A stretch of 64,000 nt of DNA from an uncultured Chloroflexia bacterium (GTDB lineage: Bacteria; Chloroflexota; Chloroflexia; QHBQ01; JADMIH01): assembly GCA_963797095.1 (NCBI GenBank), contig CAWCNY010000004.1, forward strand, positions 448,001 through 512,000, read 5' to 3'. The notes under the pieces are model-generated. The model worked only from the letters and a program-made list of their open reading frames with translations, was not told where the DNA came from and ran no database searches. Made by a program: the position numbers and the translations under genes. Below are positions 10,296 to 20,605 of the stretch, piece after piece; positions within the stretch are counted from its first letter, which is position 1; each line of letters begins with the position of its first letter.

Positions 10296-12855
10296 AAATC
10301 AGCTTATGATCCACCGCGAACCGCACAGCCGCCGTGCGCGAATTAACCCCTAGCTTGCTGTAGATCGACCTCAGGTGCACGTTCACCGTCAGCGGGCTTA
10401 TTATCAACCTCTCGGCCACCTGGTTGCTGGTCAGCCCGAACGACACGCACCTGAGCACCTCGACCTCGCGCTCAGTGAGACCCGCCGGATAAGGTGTATG
10501 CGATGCTGCTGTGCCCTGCACAACTGATGGGGGTGCGGGTGCTGAGGGCGCTGTCGTGCTCTCGGGTATATACAACGGCTCGGCGTCCGACGCGTTGAGC
10601 GCCTGTTCCGGCGACATTGCCCTACCTTCCACCCACACGCCTTCGAAGATGCGCTCGCCCAGGGCGGCGTGCAGGCGCGCAATCTCCCGGTTGTAACCCT
10701 CGATATCGGCGGGTGTGCGCGGTGTGCCCGTAGCTTCGCGCAGTGTATCTACGGCCCCCAGCAATCTACCTGCGCGACGCGGCTGTTCTTCCGACAGCGC
10801 CACCCCCGCCAGACCCTCGAGTGTATCGACCATCCCGCTCTCGTCGCCAAGCGCCAATCGCAACGCGATGCTGCTCTCAAGAAGCGATTTGGCGCGGGCC
10901 ACGTTCCCCCGGGCCAGCACCGCACGCCCCAGGTTGTTCAGCGAAATGGCGATCCCGGCCTTGTCACCAAGCTCCTGCCGCATTTTGAGCAACTCTTCGT
11001 GTAGCTCCACCGCGCGTTCGAGGTTGCCCCTGTACACCTCCAGGCCGCCCATATTGGTCAGCGAGATAGCCACCCCCCATTTGTCGCCCAGTTCGCGGCG
11101 TATCTCCAGCGCCTGCTCCTGGTAGGTCATCGCCTTGTCATATTCGCGCGTATTGATATAGAGGCTGCCCAGGTTGCTGAGCGACGATGCCATCCCCCAC
11201 TTGTCGTCCAGTTCCCGCCTGATTTCAAGGGCTTCCTGGTGCAATGCCGCTGCGTGCTCATAGTCGGCCTGCGATACGGCCACCGCACCCAGGTTGTTGA
11301 GGGAAGCGGCCACCGCCATAGGGTCGCCCATCTCGCGCCGCAAAGCCATGCTCTTCTCAAAGAAGTCGCGTGCTACCTCAAGCTCGCCCTGCGAGTAAGC
11401 AAGCACTCCCGCGCCATTGAGGGCCATCGCTCGCGCCGCGATAGGCAGCGCTGGATCATCCGCAGGTACTCGCGACAACCACCTGCGCCCCTCGCTCAAA
11501 TACCCGCGCATGAGCCAGAACCGCCACAGCCCTCCGGCCAGCCGCAAAGCGCCCTCGGCGTCGCGCACCCTCGAAATGTCTGCCCCTTCCCCAACCAACA
11601 TCCACGCCAGGGCTGCCCTGATATTATCGTGCTCGGCCTCCAGGCGTTGGAGCCATTCTGCCTGCTCTCCGCCTGTCAGTTTCACATCGGCGGTCTCGGC
11701 CAGTTTCAGGAAATAGCCAGCATGCTTTCGATGCGCCTCTTCGCTCTCCCCTTCCGCCTCCAATTTCCCTGCTGCATATTCGCGCACCGTTTCCAGCATT
11801 AGATAGCGCGGTTCCGCCCCATCTCCCCCCGCTCTCCGCAAGAGGCTGGCGTCGAGCAAGCTCTCAATCTGCGCGAACGGTTCCTCGCCTGATGGGCACA
11901 CCTGCCCCGCTGCCTCCAGCGTGCAGCCACCTATGAACACCGCTAAATGCCTGAACACTTCCTTTTCTACGTCGCCAAGCAGGCCATAGCTCCACTCCAT
12001 AGTAGAGCGAAGTGTCCGCTGGCGTGCAGGGAGGTCGCGTGGTCCGCCCACCAGGATAGGCAACCTCTTGTCCAGGCGAGCAAGCAGCGCCTGGGGGGTG
12101 AGGCTCTTTATGTGGGCCGCTGCAAGCTCAATCGCCAGGGGAAGCCCATCCAGCCTGGCGCAAACCTCGGAGATCGCGGGGGCGTTTTCTTGCGTTAGTG
12201 CAAAATCGTGCTGCACCGCACGCGCCCTCTTGACGAACAGCGCCACCGAAGGCACGGTCTCAAGCACAAGGAACAGAGCGCCCACCGAATCGGCGGCTCG
12301 AAACTCGTGGCTCGGTACTTCCAGCGGCTGCACATCGTACTCGTGCTCTCCGCTCACCTTGAGGGTGGCCCGGCTGGTGACCAACAACTTAAGACCGGGG
12401 CATTCGCGTAGCATCTCCACCAGGGTTGGCCCCGCATCTACCACCTGCTCGAAGTTATCCAGCACAAGCAGCGTATACCCAACTGAAAGCCGCTCGGCCA
12501 ATTCTGTTAGCAGGGGAAGATCGCCGCCCTCGCGCAGCTTCACCGTCTCGGCGATGGCCTGCAACACCAGGTTCGGGTCGCTAACCGGCGCAAGGTTCAC
12601 GAAGAAGACCCCGCCCTCGAAGTCCCACAGTACGTCCGCCGCCACCTGCAAGGCAAGCCGCGTCTTGCCAACACCGCCTGGCCCTGTCAGGGTTACGAGG
12701 CGCACATCAGTGCGCTGAAGCAGGGCACGCACCCCCTGCACATCCCGCTCGCGCCCCAGCAGCGTGGTGATCTGCGCTGGCAGGTTATTGGGAGGCGGCT
12801 CTTGCCGCTCGACTTCCAGGTCTGTGATTACTTCAGCCGGATCGCCCTCTGTCAT
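10294..12855 (-). CDS. ATPase-TPR-LuxR (STAND-type) transcriptional regulator
   Basis: GPGGVGKT, LVLDNFE, GLPLAIELAA, TPR repeats, C-terminal LTEREVEVL HTH. Confidence 0.92.
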   Translation of the reverse strand: MTEGDPAEVITDLEVERQEPPPNNLPAQITTLLGRERDVQGVRALLQRTDVRLVTLTGPGGVGKTRLALQVAADVLWDFEGGVFFVNLAPVSDPNLVLQAIAETVKLREGGDLPLLTELAERLSVGYTLLVLDNFEQVVDAGPTLVEMLRECPGLKLLVTSRATLKVSGEHEYDVQPLEVPSHEFRAADSVGALFLVLETVPSVALFVKRARAVQHDFALTQENAPAISEVCARLDGLPLAIELAAAHIKSLTPQALLARLDKRLPILVGGPRDLPARQRTLRSTMEWSYGLLGDVEKEVFRHLAVFIGGCTLEAAGQVCPSGEEPFAQIESLLDASLLRRAGGDGAEPRYLMLETVREYAAGKLEAEGESEEAHRKHAGYFLKLAETADVKLTGGEQAEWLQRLEAEHDNIRAALAWMLVGEGADISRVRDAEGALRLAGGLWRFWLMRGYLSEGRRWLSRVPADDPALPIAARAMALNGAGVLAYSQGELEVARDFFEKSMALRREMGDPMAVAASLNNLGAVAVSQADYEHAAALHQEALEIRRELDDKWGMASSLSNLGSLYINTREYDKAMTYQEQALEIRRELGDKWGVAISLTNMGGLEVYRGNLERAVELHEELLKMRQELGDKAGIAISLNNLGRAVLARGNVARAKSLLESSIALRLALGDESGMVDTLEGLAGVALSEEQPRRAGRLLGAVDTLREATGTPRTPADIEGYNREIARLHAALGERIFEGVWVEGRAMSPEQALNASDAEPLYIPESTTAPSAPAPPSVVQGTAASHTPYPAGLTEREVEVLRCVSFGLTSNQVAERLIISPLTVNVHLRSIYSKLGVNSRTAAVRFAVDHKLI

Positions 12856-13040
12856 CCTCGCCCTCGACCAGGATCGACCCGCATCCTGCTGTGAGTAAGT
12901 CGAGCATTACTCCGGTGAGCGCACCGCACAAAGGCGTCCACATGTGCGCTCCACCGGAGCAAACTCGATTGGAGAGAGTCTAACCCATCAATACATACGA
13001 ACAGTATGCCAAAGGCGATTTATTATACCACCGTCCGCCC

Positions 13041-14237
13041 TCAAGAATGTGTGAACACCTTTTCTCCGTTCACATAGACACTCTCAGGACGTTGGTAAAT
13101 ATCCAGCGGGTCGCCCGACCAGATCACCACGTCGCCATCCTTACCGGGCGCGAGGCTACCGATCCTGTCGGCTGCCCCCATAATCTCGGCTGGGTTGAGC
13201 GTAACCAGCCGCAGAGCCGTCTCTCGCGGCAACCCCTCTTTCACGGCCATAATAAGTGACAGGGGCAAATACTGTATGCCCACCACCCAGTGATCTGTGG
13301 TAAGCGCGACCTTCACGCCCGCCTTCACCAGAATGCCGGGTGTAGCCAGCGTCCTGCCCCGCAATTCGACCTTATACTTGGTCGAAAGGTTCGGACCGAC
13401 CACCGCCGGGATGTCGCGCTTAACAAGCTCATCGGCAAGCAGGTGCGCCTCCGTTGCGTGGTCAAGCACCATATTAAAGCCGAACTCGTCCCTGATTCGG
13501 AACGCGGTCAGGATGTCGTCCGAACGATGTGCGTGCCATCTGATAGGGATCTCCTTGCGCAGCACCATAGCGATATTTTCCATCTTCAAATCGCGCTCGA
13601 AGGGCTTCGATGGGTCGTTCTGGACCCGTGAGGCTTCCTCTTTCGCTATGTAGTTCTGTGCACGCACAAGGTTCTCGCGCATGAGACCGGCCACCCCCAT
13701 CCTGGTGGAAGGCATCTTCCTCTGGTCGCCGTAGCTCCGTTTCGGGTTCTCGCCCATGGCCGCCTTTAAACCCGTAGGATGCCTCACAACCATTTCATCG
13801 ATCCGCGTGCCGTGTGTCTTAAGCAGCACCGCCAGCCCGCCGATCACGTTGCCGCTCCCCGGCATCACATTTACCGCCGTAATTCCTCCCGACAGGGCAT
13901 CGGCGAAGGCAAGATCGCCCGGATAAGTGGCGTCAATAGCGCGCACCTGCGGTGTTACCGGGTCTGTGCCTTCGTTAGTATCGGCCCCTTCGCGTCCCAC
14001 GCCAAGCTCGCCTATGCCCACGTGGGTGTGCGCGTCTATGAAGCCCGGCGTCACTACTTTGCCCTCGGCTGACACCACCAGCGCGTCCGGTGGCACCTCT
14101 ATCGAGTCCTCGGACCCCACCGCAGTAATCTTACCATCGTCTCCGATCAACACCGTCCCGCGCTCCCACACTACGTCGTCCCCGCCTTCTCCAGGCTCCA
14201 TTGTTAGCACGCGTCCGCCCTTGATCGCAATTGTCAT
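13041..14237 (-). CDS. Amidohydrolase family protein
   Basis: PGFIDAHTH, HAHR, TDH, GSLAPGKDGD. Confidence 0.9.
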   Translation of the reverse strand: MTIAIKGGRVLTMEPGEGGDDVVWERGTVLIGDDGKITAVGSEDSIEVPPDALVVSAEGKVVTPGFIDAHTHVGIGELGVGREGADTNEGTDPVTPQVRAIDATYPGDLAFADALSGGITAVNVMPGSGNVIGGLAVLLKTHGTRIDEMVVRHPTGLKAAMGENPKRSYGDQRKMPSTRMGVAGLMRENLVRAQNYIAKEEASRVQNDPSKPFERDLKMENIAMVLRKEIPIRWHAHRSDDILTAFRIRDEFGFNMVLDHATEAHLLADELVKRDIPAVVGPNLSTKYKVELRGRTLATPGILVKAGVKVALTTDHWVVGIQYLPLSLIMAVKEGLPRETALRLVTLNPAEIMGAADRIGSLAPGKDGDVVIWSGDPLDIYQRPESVYVNGEKVFTHS

Positions 14238-14546
14238 TGGGAAATCTCCTTTCGCATATATTATCCAGCTAACCTGTTGTAACACTCCATTAGACATATG
14301 TCAAAGGGATAAGCGGATGGGTCCTATCCACCAAATACGCATTCTACGCTACCACAAGATACGATTTATTACGTACCTCAACTGTTGACTTATGTCTACC
14401 CGATCCGCTATCCTCACTACGCGGTTTGAGGCTTCTGTTATGCTTATGGCCGTTTCGGGGATATGTTCACCCACCTCTACGGGTGGCAATTATTCACTGT
14501 ACCCCCTTCTATGGGTGTACATAACAATCTAGTTTGGAGGCGCAAT

Positions 14547-15644
14547 TTGGGATTGATCGCACGGGTAAGGAGGACCATAGGAGCAGCAGCTTTACTTCTT
14601 CTACTTCTTGTAGGCTTCATGGCAGCCACACCCCTGCACACCTACGCGGCCACACCGGTCGTAGTGGGGGGGACGGCTAAAGTGACCAACACCGACGGCG
14701 ACAATATTCGCGTAAGGGCAGGCGCGAGCACTCAGTATAATAAGATCGGCGTAGTCCAGGAAGGCGATATCGTCTCGGTGCTGGATGGGCCGGTTATAGA
14801 TAGCGTAAACATCAAATGGTTCAAAATTAACGAAAACGATCTCACTGGCTGGATGATGGCCGAGTTCCTGGTGGGCAAAGATATTCCCGCTGGGGCGCAA
14901 CCGCCCGCTCAGACCCAGTCCCAGGAACCGGCAGGTCCCACGCTTGAGGGCTTCGCCCGCGTAGCCAACTCCGACGGCGACCCGGTGCGCATTCGCACCG
15001 ATCCAAGCCGCGACGGCAGCATCATCTCCAAGTTCGCGGAAGGCACGACGGTAGCGGTCAAGGATGGCCCGGTAGTGGACGCCGAAGATATCACCTGGTA
15101 CAACATTTCCGCGGATGGAATCACCGGCTGGATGATGGCTCAGTATCTGGTCCAGGCCGATGCACCCCCTTCAGACCCTGCCCAGGCTGAATCTGCCAAC
15201 GAGACTATGGCCCCGCCTGAACCGGCAAGCCCACCTGCCGCCGCTGAGCCGGCTTCGGCCCCTTCAAGCCTCGGCCAACAGGCGGTCAATATAGCCATGA
15301 AGTACCTGGGCTACCGCTACGTTTACGGTGGCACATCCCCCAGCGGCTTTGATTGCAGCGGGTTCGTCTATTACATCTATCACAGGACGCTTGGCGTTCC
15401 GGTTTCCCGCGATATGTACACCCAGTACAACAGTGGCATACATGTCAGCCGCAGCAATCTGCAACCAGGCGACATGATCTTCTTCCAGAACACATACAAG
15501 CGCGGCCTGTCGCACGCCGCCATCTACATTGGCAACGGCAAGTTCATCCACGCCGAGAACGAATCAACCGGCGTCACAATCAGTTCGCTCTCCACATCGT
15601 ACTGGAGCAGCCGCTGGTACGGAGCCACCAGGCCAGGCAGATAG
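14547..15644 (+). CDS. Secreted SH3b-SH3b-NlpC/P60 peptidoglycan endopeptidase
   Basis: Signal peptide, two SH3-like repeats ending GWMMA, GFDCSG and HAAIY...FIHA; SD GGAGG before TTG 14547. Confidence 0.9.
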   Translation: MGLIARVRRTIGAAALLLLLLVGFMAATPLHTYAATPVVVGGTAKVTNTDGDNIRVRAGASTQYNKIGVVQEGDIVSVLDGPVIDSVNIKWFKINENDLTGWMMAEFLVGKDIPAGAQPPAQTQSQEPAGPTLEGFARVANSDGDPVRIRTDPSRDGSIISKFAEGTTVAVKDGPVVDAEDITWYNISADGITGWMMAQYLVQADAPPSDPAQAESANETMAPPEPASPPAAAEPASAPSSLGQQAVNIAMKYLGYRYVYGGTSPSGFDCSGFVYYIYHRTLGVPVSRDMYTQYNSGIHVSRSNLQPGDMIFFQNTYKRGLSHAAIYIGNGKFIHAENESTGVTISSLSTSYWSSRWYGATRPGR

Positions 15645-15667
15645 CATACAACCCACCCCCGAATCGA

Positions 15668-15699
15668 GAAAAGGCATCCTGCATTGAGGATGCCTTTTC
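15668..15699. terminator. Probable bidirectional intrinsic terminator
   Basis: GAAAAGGCATCCT-6-AGGATGCCTTTTC between convergent genes. Confidence 0.75.
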
Positions 15700-15789
15700 C
15701 CGTCAATTCAACCTGTTGCTTACTTCGTACCGCTCATGTTCATGCCATCAGGCAATACGCAATACGCAATACGCAAAACACACTATCCA

Positions 15790-16533
15790 CTACGCGTATT
15801 CGTCCGCGACGATATGCCCGTCCTGCACCCTTATGATCCTGCGCGCATTTGTGGCAAGCAGGCGGTCATGCGTCACGAACACCACTGACTTACCTTGAGT
15901 ACTCAGCTCCAAAAGAAGTCCCATGACGTGCTCGCCTGTGGCTGTGTCGAGGTTGCCAGTCGGCTCGTCTGCGATAATGATCGGTGGGTCGTTCGCCAGC
16001 GCCCTTGCGATAGCCACCCTTTGCTGTTCCCCACCCGAAAGCTCGCTCGGCAAATGGTCTGCCCGAGCCCGCAACCCCACACGCGCCAGTAGGGCAAGCG
16101 CTCGCTCACGCCGCTTGCTCCCGTAAGTATTCAGGAAATCCATCGGCAAGATCACATTCTCCAGGGCCGTCAGCGTCGGTAGTAGCTGAAAGAACTGAAA
16201 CACGATCCCGACGTTGGCCCCGCGCCATTGCGCCAATTCATTCTCGTTCATCAGGTGGAGCGGCCTTCCCGCCATCAGCACCTGCCCCTGTGTTGGGCGG
16301 TCGATCCCCGTTATCATGTTAAGAATGGTCGACTTACCGCTCCCCGACGGCCCCACAATCGCCGTGAACTCTCCCGCGTACAAAGTGAGGTTCACTCCCC
16401 GCAGGGCCACATACTCCCGGTTCCCCATCGGATAAGCCTTCACCACATTCAACAACCTTCCAACCGGCACCTTGCCCGGAACATCTCCCGGCATCGAAGG
16501 AACGGTCCCGTTCCTTTGCGCTAGTGTTGCCAT
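15790..16533 (-). CDS. ABC transporter ATP-binding protein (LolD/MacB type)
   Basis: [26 protein letters not shown]. Confidence 0.92.
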   Translation of the reverse strand: MATLAQRNGTVPSMPGDVPGKVPVGRLLNVVKAYPMGNREYVALRGVNLTLYAGEFTAIVGPSGSGKSTILNMITGIDRPTQGQVLMAGRPLHLMNENELAQWRGANVGIVFQFFQLLPTLTALENVILPMDFLNTYGSKRRERALALLARVGLRARADHLPSELSGGEQQRVAIARALANDPPIIIADEPTGNLDTATGEHVMGLLLELSTQGKSVVFVTHDRLLATNARRIIRVQDGHIVADEYA

Positions 16534-16539
16534 TCGCTC

Positions 16540-18585
16540 CTACACTCTACTTGGCATGAACGAAAAGATGGCGCGCGTTCCCGTTCCATCCTCTCGAGGT
16601 TTGATCTCAAAGGTGCCGCGCAAGTCACTCACCACCAGCGTGTTAACAATATTCATTCCCAGTTGCCCGTCCTTGCGCGCATCGAAGCCATCCGGCAGCC
16701 CAACCCCGTCGTCCTCCACCTCAATAGTAATCACAGATGACGACCGCCTCGTGTCACTCGTTTCGGCGTTGGCTCTTCCCTCTTGCTTCACCCGTATATT
16801 GAGCGTTCCGCGGTCCTTGTTGGCAAACCCATGCATCAAGGCGTTCGAGATTAGCTCGTTCAACAACAAAGCCAGAATGGTGGCATCATGCGATCCAACC
16901 CTCACCTGCCCCGCATTACCGGGATCGATATTCAGATCGAGCTTGAACCCTGGCTTGAGCAACGTCGAGACCACTCCATCGGCCACCCTCCGCGCCAGGT
17001 CATGGATACTGATCGAATCGATCTCCGAGTCACCGTTCACCATCAGGTCATGCACCACCGCTATACTCTGCACACGCGAAATACTCTCGCGCACCGCCAC
17101 CGCCCCCTCGCTCTCGCCTCGCATTCTGCGCAATTGCATAGACAGCAGCCCGGCCACCGTTTGCAGGTTGTTTCGCACCCGGTGATTCATCTCTTGCAGC
17201 ATGGCCGACTTAACCTGAAGCCCCCTGAGGGCACCATCATATAGCCGTGAGTTCTCCAGCGCGATAGCCGCCTCACGCGCAAAGGCGGCCAGCAGCCGCA
17301 CTTGATCGTCCGTCAGGGTCTTCTCTGTGCGATTGTAGAGGCAAATACCGCCCATGATCCCCCTGGGCGCGACCAGCGGCACGCAATAGAGCCATGCATA
17401 ATCTTCCCCCACAAAGGGCAGCGCCTGCCCGGCATCGGCGTTGGGTGGGAGCAGGGTCGGTATGCCCTTGGTAATCGCTTCTGCTATCTCGCTCCCTTCG
17501 ATAGGCAAACTGGTATGCAGGTCGGCGCGCCACTGGTGGATACTGTGGTCAGGGTCGCGCAGGTCGTACTGCGCCACCAGTTCCAGCAAGCCCTCCTCCT
17601 TGTGCAGTTCGTAGATGGCGGTGGCATCTGCCTTCACAAGTTGCGCCGATTGGTGAGCGATCAGCGCCAGCACCTCGGTGAGGTTCAGCGTGGACGCTAT
17701 ATGCGCCGACACCCCCTGCAAAGTCGATAGCTCCGTTACCTTTTGCCGAAGCGCGCTGTCTGTCTGCTCGTACAGCCTGGCATTCTCGATAGCGATCGCG
17801 ATCTCTCCTGCCACCGTTTCGAGGAACTTGATTTCAGTCTCGCTGAAGTCGCGCGGCTCAACCGTGTGCAGATCGATCACACCCACCAGTTTCTCTTTAG
17901 TGAACAGCACAATCGGCACTGCCAGGATCGAAGCGGTATTCTCTTCCTCTGACAGCGGCACGTACTTAAAGTGCGGGTTAGTCCACGCATCACGCGCCGA
18001 CACCGGCTTGCCCATCAAGGCCGCCCACCCCGTCACCCCTTCGCCCGGCCTGAGCTGTATTTTGCCCACACCCCGGTGATTGAGGCCGTTGGTCGCGGTC
18101 AGCACAAGCTGGTCCCATTCCTGTTCGTAGAGAAAGATCGAGCAGATATCGGCGTGCGTAACCTCCACTACCGCCTGCACGATTTCGTTCAACATATCGG
18201 TCAGCTTTAGCGACGAGTTGGCCGCGCTGATGATCCTGTGAAGGGCTGTGAGGTCCGCCATCCGGTCCTGGGCCGCTTCAATCGCCCTGGCCGCTGCCAG
18301 TTCGCCACTCTTCACCTCCAGGTAGCCTCGCATCGCCGCGCCAAGCAATTTCGACTCCAAAGCCTGGGATAACGGCTGTTCGATTTCAAGTTCCCGCAGC
18401 AAGGCAAGGATCCTCTCCGCCAGCGCGTCCTCGTCCGCGCCTTCCTGCGCGACAGCACGGCCCTCAACTCGCGCCCAGTCCTCAAGGTGCGCCACGTTCC
18501 CCGTCGCCTGAAACTCATCAAAAGCCCTGGGCAATGAAGTCGCAACTAGCCCTACACTATTTTCAATTGAAGTATCTGCACTCAT
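16540..18585 (-). CDS. Double-GAF sensor histidine kinase (HisKA_2/PdtaS-like)
   Basis: Two GAF domains; EMNHRVRNNLQ, NELISNA, EDDGVG; no TM. Confidence 0.88.
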   Translation of the reverse strand: MSADTSIENSVGLVATSLPRAFDEFQATGNVAHLEDWARVEGRAVAQEGADEDALAERILALLRELEIEQPLSQALESKLLGAAMRGYLEVKSGELAAARAIEAAQDRMADLTALHRIISAANSSLKLTDMLNEIVQAVVEVTHADICSIFLYEQEWDQLVLTATNGLNHRGVGKIQLRPGEGVTGWAALMGKPVSARDAWTNPHFKYVPLSEEENTASILAVPIVLFTKEKLVGVIDLHTVEPRDFSETEIKFLETVAGEIAIAIENARLYEQTDSALRQKVTELSTLQGVSAHIASTLNLTEVLALIAHQSAQLVKADATAIYELHKEEGLLELVAQYDLRDPDHSIHQWRADLHTSLPIEGSEIAEAITKGIPTLLPPNADAGQALPFVGEDYAWLYCVPLVAPRGIMGGICLYNRTEKTLTDDQVRLLAAFAREAAIALENSRLYDGALRGLQVKSAMLQEMNHRVRNNLQTVAGLLSMQLRRMRGESEGAVAVRESISRVQSIAVVHDLMVNGDSEIDSISIHDLARRVADGVVSTLLKPGFKLDLNIDPGNAGQVRVGSHDATILALLLNELISNALMHGFANKDRGTLNIRVKQEGRANAETSDTRRSSSVITIEVEDDGVGLPDGFDARKDGQLGMNIVNTLVVSDLRGTFEIKPREDGTGTRAIFSFMPSRV

Positions 18586-19559
18586 AGTCTTTTCATGTAT
18601 TGTAGCCAGTGTCGCGTAACGCTGAACCCCGACCGTAATGCCAACCTGTGCGCCGCCACCTGGTCGCTCGCTGTGCTCAATTCCACAAGTCCAACATCCT
18701 CCGCCCTGAGGTATTGCAAGGCGGTAGTCAGCAAGGCGCGCCCCAGCCCCATACGCCGCAACGACGGCTCAAGCCGTATCTCGTGCAGGTAGCCCCTGCC
18801 TGTGCCGGCCCCGCTCGCCCTGATTACTCCCACAATTCTGTCACCGCGATCCACCAGGAATAAGACACCCATCGGGTCCCAACCCTCGCCCCCTGTCATG
18901 CTCTCCATTTCCTCAGGCGTTATCAGCGAGTAGTTAGCGTCATACGAACCGAGCCTGTTAGTGGTTTCGCGGTACAGATCGGCCCCATCACCCATTTCGG
19001 CCAGCGACCGGATAGTATACCCCGGCGGCAAGGAAAGTTCTGAGATACCCTCCAACCCGTAACGGCTCAGTCGCATCGATTGGCCCACAATCGTGAATCC
19101 ATGCCCCAACAGGAACGCGCTTGAGCCTTTATCCTCGCCCGCGATGGTCGTCTCAAGCACACGATGACCCCGCCCCGCCGCCGCCTGCTCTAAATGCGAA
19201 AGCAGTCGCGATCCCAACCCATGTCGTCTGTGATCCGGTACCACATACATATCAAAGTTGCCCGGTGGCCTGTCGGGGAAGAGCCAGCGCGGGTAAACCA
19301 CAGCCGACGCCACGGGTTCGTCGCCCAGGAAGATCAGCCAGCTATTCCCCTCCAATCCGAACCCGGTGCGATCATAGAACCGCTCCATCTCGCGGCCATC
19401 CCACTCCTGAAAGTCTTCCGGCAGCGACACAGCGCGCAACGTCTCGTTTCTGGTCTGCGCCAGCGAGTCCAGGTCGCTCGCCGTACCATCAAAGGGGCGC
19501 AACTGCAATTGGCGCGGGTCTTCCCCACGTTCCCAGGCTCGGCCTACCTTCAAAAGCAT
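18582..19559 (-). CDS. Tandem GNAT acetyltransferase
   Basis: Two acetyl-CoA motifs RRHGLG and RRMGLG. Confidence 0.85.
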   Translation of the reverse strand: MLLKVGRAWERGEDPRQLQLRPFDGTASDLDSLAQTRNETLRAVSLPEDFQEWDGREMERFYDRTGFGLEGNSWLIFLGDEPVASAVVYPRWLFPDRPPGNFDMYVVPDHRRHGLGSRLLSHLEQAAAGRGHRVLETTIAGEDKGSSAFLLGHGFTIVGQSMRLSRYGLEGISELSLPPGYTIRSLAEMGDGADLYRETTNRLGSYDANYSLITPEEMESMTGGEGWDPMGVLFLVDRGDRIVGVIRASGAGTGRGYLHEIRLEPSLRRMGLGRALLTTALQYLRAEDVGLVELSTASDQVAAHRLALRSGFSVTRHWLQYMKRL

Positions 19560-19780
19560 CTTCCTCTCTGAAGCTGATTGACTGACACCAATAACATATT
19601 ATACCATCGCACGTCCGGCAAACCCGTCGCGCCTGTGTGCCGCCAAGTCCGGGCTGGAACTGACACCTAAAGAGGTGACAGGTTATTAAGCTCCCTTTGC
19701 AATAAGATTGATCTTGTGGAAGATATGCCCAGGCGGATGGACCTATCAAGACCGCACGAGTCAACAGGAGGCAAAATGCG

Positions 19781-20131
19781 ATGGCAACTATGATGGAATA
19801 TCGAATCGTTATATTGTTCGGTGGTGGAGATGCCGGTGGAATCATCATCACACCCCACGGTATAAAGCGTATCCCTCCCTGGAATCCCCTGATAACTGCC
19901 ACTCTGAAGGGACTACAACACCTGATGCACGCTGACGTTAGCATTGACGATCGGGAGATCAGCAACGAGATCAGTGGCGTGGCCGCCAGGCTGAATGACA
20001 GAATAGTGGGCTGGGTAGACAACGAAGTTGGCAGCGCTACATCTATCGTTTTCCTTGACGGCGACGACGGCTTCGTCTGCGGTAGCACAGGTAAACCACC
20101 AATCCCCATCCCAAGACCTCACGCAATGTAA
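19781..20131 (+). CDS. Hypothetical protein
   Basis: SD AGGAGG; 116-aa ORF with globular composition. Confidence 0.65.
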   Translation: MATMMEYRIVILFGGGDAGGIIITPHGIKRIPPWNPLITATLKGLQHLMHADVSIDDREISNEISGVAARLNDRIVGWVDNEVGSATSIVFLDGDDGFVCGSTGKPPIPIPRPHAM

Positions 20132-20138
20132 TTAGAGA

Positions 20139-20373
20139 GATGCACGGAGGTGGACAGAGCGGGATTAGAGTCTCTGCGCTGTAACCACCTCCAGGGCGGA
20201 TGCAAAGTCAGGCACGAACCCGCAATTATGGTCGCTGGAACCCTTTCCGAGAAAGTAGCTCTTGCCATTGACGCCTAGCCGGACCTGGCAATATGCCGGT
20301 CACGGTTGCCCAACCAGCTAACTTCGCATTGACGCCTGACTTTGCACCCGCCCTGTTACCACCTCCGCGCGTC
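20139..20373. other. Nested inverted-repeat element (structured RNA or MITE-like)
   Basis: 20192-20213 pairs with 20334-20355 (21/22); 20139-20153 pairs with 20359-20373 (13/15). Confidence 0.6.
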
Positions 20374-20403
20374 TTGACACGCTACATTCGTATGCAATAC
20401 AAT
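20374..20403 (+). promoter_or_regulatory. tRNA promoter
   Basis: TTGACA-18 bp-TACAAT. Confidence 0.7.
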
Positions 20404-20416
20404 TAAGGTCGAGTCT

Positions 20417-20492
<76 letters not shown>

Positions 20493-20605
20493 GATAACGG
20501 AAGACTGGTCGCAAAGAGGCGCGCAACCTCCTGAAACGACCGGTCGTTTCACTATGTAATGAACAAATCGCACTAACCACTAGCAGCATTTGATATAATA
20601 CCTCC

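Noticed and set aside
14420-14546. c-di-AMP (ydaO) riboswitch call
   Set aside because: I could not match the conserved sequence blocks by eye; kept only as an unassigned structured leader.
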